A DNA stretch of 64,000 nt from an uncultured Gemmatimonadaceae bacterium (GTDB lineage: Bacteria > Gemmatimonadota > Gemmatimonadetes > Gemmatimonadales > Gemmatimonadaceae): the NCBI GenBank assembly GCA_963781585.1, contig CAWAGQ010000008.1:369756-433755 (forward strand), in the 5' to 3' direction. The translations under genes and the position numbers were made by a program. This document shows positions 61,834 to 64,000 of this stretch, piece by piece; within the stretch, counting starts at the first letter, position 1; every line of letters begins with the position of its first letter. The notes below the pieces were generated by a model. It was not told the DNA's origin, ran no database searches, and saw only the letters and a program-made list of their open reading frames with translations.

Positions 61834-62538
61834 ATGCGACTGCTCACCCCCTTGTTGCTCGTGCTTGCGGCGCCCCTCGCCGGGGCACAGGTCCCGACAG
61901 CGGGAGACAGCGCGCCGGTGACTATTGCGGTCACTGGACAGGGCCAGCACTCCGTGCCTGCCGATGAATTGATCGTGCAGCTGGCGGTCGACACACGCGC
62001 CCGGACCGCGAGTCGCGCCGGTGCGGACAACGCCGATCGGATGACCGCCGTGCAGAAGGCGCTCCGCGAGATCGGCCTCACGGCGGACGAAATCTCGACG
62101 GCGTTCTATACCATTCGCTTCGAGTATGGTCCCCAGATGCGCGACACGCAGTACGTCGCGACCAACTCGGTGCGCGTGGACACGCGGCGACTGGAGCTCG
62201 TGAGTCGGATCATCGATACGGCCTTGCAATCGGGCGCCACTACGGTTGCCGGCGTGCAGTACACTCTTCACGACGACCGGGATGCGACGCGGCAGGCGCT
62301 CACCGACGCCGTGGCCGACGCAAGGCTCCAGGCCGAGGCGGTGGCTGCCGCGGCGGGCGGACGGTTGGGAGACCTCCTGGGGCTCGAGGCGCAGCCCAAT
62401 CGTCCCGGACCGATCCCGTATGGTCAGTTCGCGATGGCATCCGCTGGAATGGCTCGCGCGGAGACCCCGATTTCACCGCGTGACATCACCGTAACGGCGA
62501 TAGTCACGGCGCGCTGGCGGTTCGTCGCGTCCAGATAG
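61834..62538 (+). CDS. SIMPL (DUF541/YggE-like) periplasmic protein
   Basis: Signal peptide; IAVTGQG...PAD...AVADAR.QAEAVAAAAG.RLG...TPISP...V...W. Confidence 0.9.
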   Translation: MRLLTPLLLVLAAPLAGAQVPTAGDSAPVTIAVTGQGQHSVPADELIVQLAVDTRARTASRAGADNADRMTAVQKALREIGLTADEISTAFYTIRFEYGPQMRDTQYVATNSVRVDTRRLELVSRIIDTALQSGATTVAGVQYTLHDDRDATRQALTDAVADARLQAEAVAAAAGGRLGDLLGLEAQPNRPGPIPYGQFAMASAGMARAETPISPRDITVTAIVTARWRFVASR

Positions 62539-62687
62539 AGAATCGATCCGGAGGCGGCCGCCGAAGGAGGGTCGCCGAAGAACCGTGGAGGTCAGGGTTT
62601 CCCTCGCGGCGGACGCCGGCCCGACCGCGCAGCCCGCGCCGGCGCGGCCTTGCATCCGCGGCGGGTCGGGGGCACTATCGCGCGCAG

Positions 62688-63596
62688 ATGACATCCTCCA
62701 GTGATGAACCCAGGCGGTATCGCAGTCTCGACGACCCGGAGACGCTGCGGCTGCTGGCGCGCACCCTGGGTGAGGGGATCTACGTCACCGACCGGGAGGG
62801 GCGCATCCTGGACTGCAATCCCGCGTTCCTCGACATCTTCGGCGTGTCGTCGCTCAAGGGCCTGGAGCAGTTCCACGCGTCCGACCTGCTTGCCGACCCG
62901 GAGCGGCGCCGGATCGAGCTGAAAGAGCTCGAGCGGGAAGGCAGCGTGCGGGACTTCGAGCTCGAAATCGTGCGGCCGGACGGGCAGCGACGGACGGTGC
63001 TCGACACGACCTATCAGGTGCGGGATCCGGGATCCGGTGAGGTGTTCTATCACGGCGTGCTGATCGACATCACGGCGCGCAAGGAGCTGGAGCGCCAGCT
63101 GCGCGAGCAGCTGATACGTGACGCCCTCACCGGCTGCTACAACCGGCGATTTCTCCTCGACCTCGAGGACGACCTGGTGCGTCAGGCCGAGACGCGCTGG
63201 GGGTGCATCTACATCGATATCGATCACTTCAAGGTCTACAACGACCGCCATGGTCATCAGAACGGCGATCAGGTACTGCGGCGGATGGCGCGCTTTCTGA
63301 TGCGCGAGGTTCGCGCCGACGAACCGGTGGTTCGCATGGGCGGAGACGAGTTTGTGATTGCACTCAGCGGCGAGAACGCCGAGCGCACCGAGACGGTGGC
63401 GACGCGGCTGCACCACACCGCGGCGCGCAGCGCGCCGGTGGCATTTTCGTTGGGTTGGGCGAAGCGGGCGGAAGGGGAGACGTTCGAGGAGACGATGGCC
63501 CGCGCCGACAAGAAGCTGATCGGGGTGCGCGTGCTCTCGCGTTCGGGCGAGTGGTCGTCGCTTCCGCCCGAAATGGAACGCCGGCGGCGGCGCTAG
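62688..63596 (+). CDS. PAS-GGDEF diguanylate cyclase
   Basis: PAS (GIYVTDREGRILDCN...DITARK), DALTGCYNRR, DIDHFKVYND.HGH..GD, RMGGDEF. Confidence 0.93.
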   Translation: MTSSSDEPRRYRSLDDPETLRLLARTLGEGIYVTDREGRILDCNPAFLDIFGVSSLKGLEQFHASDLLADPERRRIELKELEREGSVRDFELEIVRPDGQRRTVLDTTYQVRDPGSGEVFYHGVLIDITARKELERQLREQLIRDALTGCYNRRFLLDLEDDLVRQAETRWGCIYIDIDHFKVYNDRHGHQNGDQVLRRMARFLMREVRADEPVVRMGGDEFVIALSGENAERTETVATRLHHTAARSAPVAFSLGWAKRAEGETFEETMARADKKLIGVRVLSRSGEWSSLPPEMERRRRR

Positions 63597-63604
63597 CCTC
63601 GCCC

Positions 63605-64000
63605 ATGCCGCTGCGGCTTCCGGCTCCGTGGCGCGGGCTGCTCGTCGCGGCCGCGCTCATCCTCTCGGGCACCGCCATGTTGCAGGCCACGGCCTACCCG
63701 GATCTCACACGGACCCTCCGGGCGGCAGGACTGGACCGGGCAGCCACGTCAACGCTCGAAGGGCTGTGGCTGATGTTCCCGGTTCATCTGCTGTTCATCG
63801 CGGCCTTCCTCGTCCTGGCCGCTGTCCGCGTGCGCATCGCCGCCGACTCGGGACTGCTGGTGTGCGCGCTCATCCTCGCGGCCGACACGGCGCTGCTCGG
63901 CGGATTCATGGGAATGTTCACCGGCACCGTGCTGGTCGGGGTCTCGACGGGGCTCGTGATCATCGCCCGCCTCATCCGGCAGGCGATGCTCGCCGGTACC
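63605..64000 (+). CDS. Membrane protein (runs off window edge)
   Basis: Open frame from ATG 63605 with about four hydrophobic segments and no stop before the end of the window. Confidence 0.6.
   Translation, partial: MPLRLPAPWRGLLVAAALILSGTAMLQATAYPDLTRTLRAAGLDRAATSTLEGLWLMFPVHLLFIAAFLVLAAVRVRIAADSGLLVCALILAADTALLGGFMGMFTGTVLVGVSTGLVIIARLIRQAMLAGT

Noticed and set aside
62688..63596. Diguanylate cyclase as regulator of the polysaccharide operon
   Set aside because: About 56 kb away and no c-di-GMP receptor domain recognised in that operon.

Overview
GC-rich bacterial chromosomal segment; gene content suggests Gemmatimonadota (inference). About 55 CDS, mostly on the + strand. I recognised no rRNA, tRNA, CRISPR array, integrase or transposase. 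Main blocks: (1) pnuC, a LOG-like gene and a small bTHX ribosomal protein hidden inside a longer ORF call; (2) a coupled five-gene operon (wecB, YaiO barrel, membrane protein, GT2 synthase, beta-helix protein) followed by a PEP-CTERM gene with a sigma54-like promoter, a candidate synthase-type exopolysaccharide system; (3) housekeeping and accessory genes (Fpg-like, M28, ABC1 kinase, NamZ, PepF, AlaX, actP) plus small AP2-like and FYVE-like zinc-finger proteins; (4) a 15.5-kb run in which glgP, glgA and two GH57 genes lead into two esterases, three different amide ligases and a gamma-glutamyl hydrolase; (5) a Tat-signal LanC-like gene coupled to a PLP decarboxylase, a hybrid kinase and transketolase; (6) a visibly less GC-rich island (about 55.9-61.4 kb) with twin palindromic operators, XRE + ImmA/IrrE, a 5'-truncated DUF3427 gene, a putative OB-fold protein, DUF488 and a DEDDh exonuclease. 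Six frame disruptions between 47 and 58 kb, two of them in tkt, look like sequencing errors. All calls are from motif recognition by eye; no searches were run.
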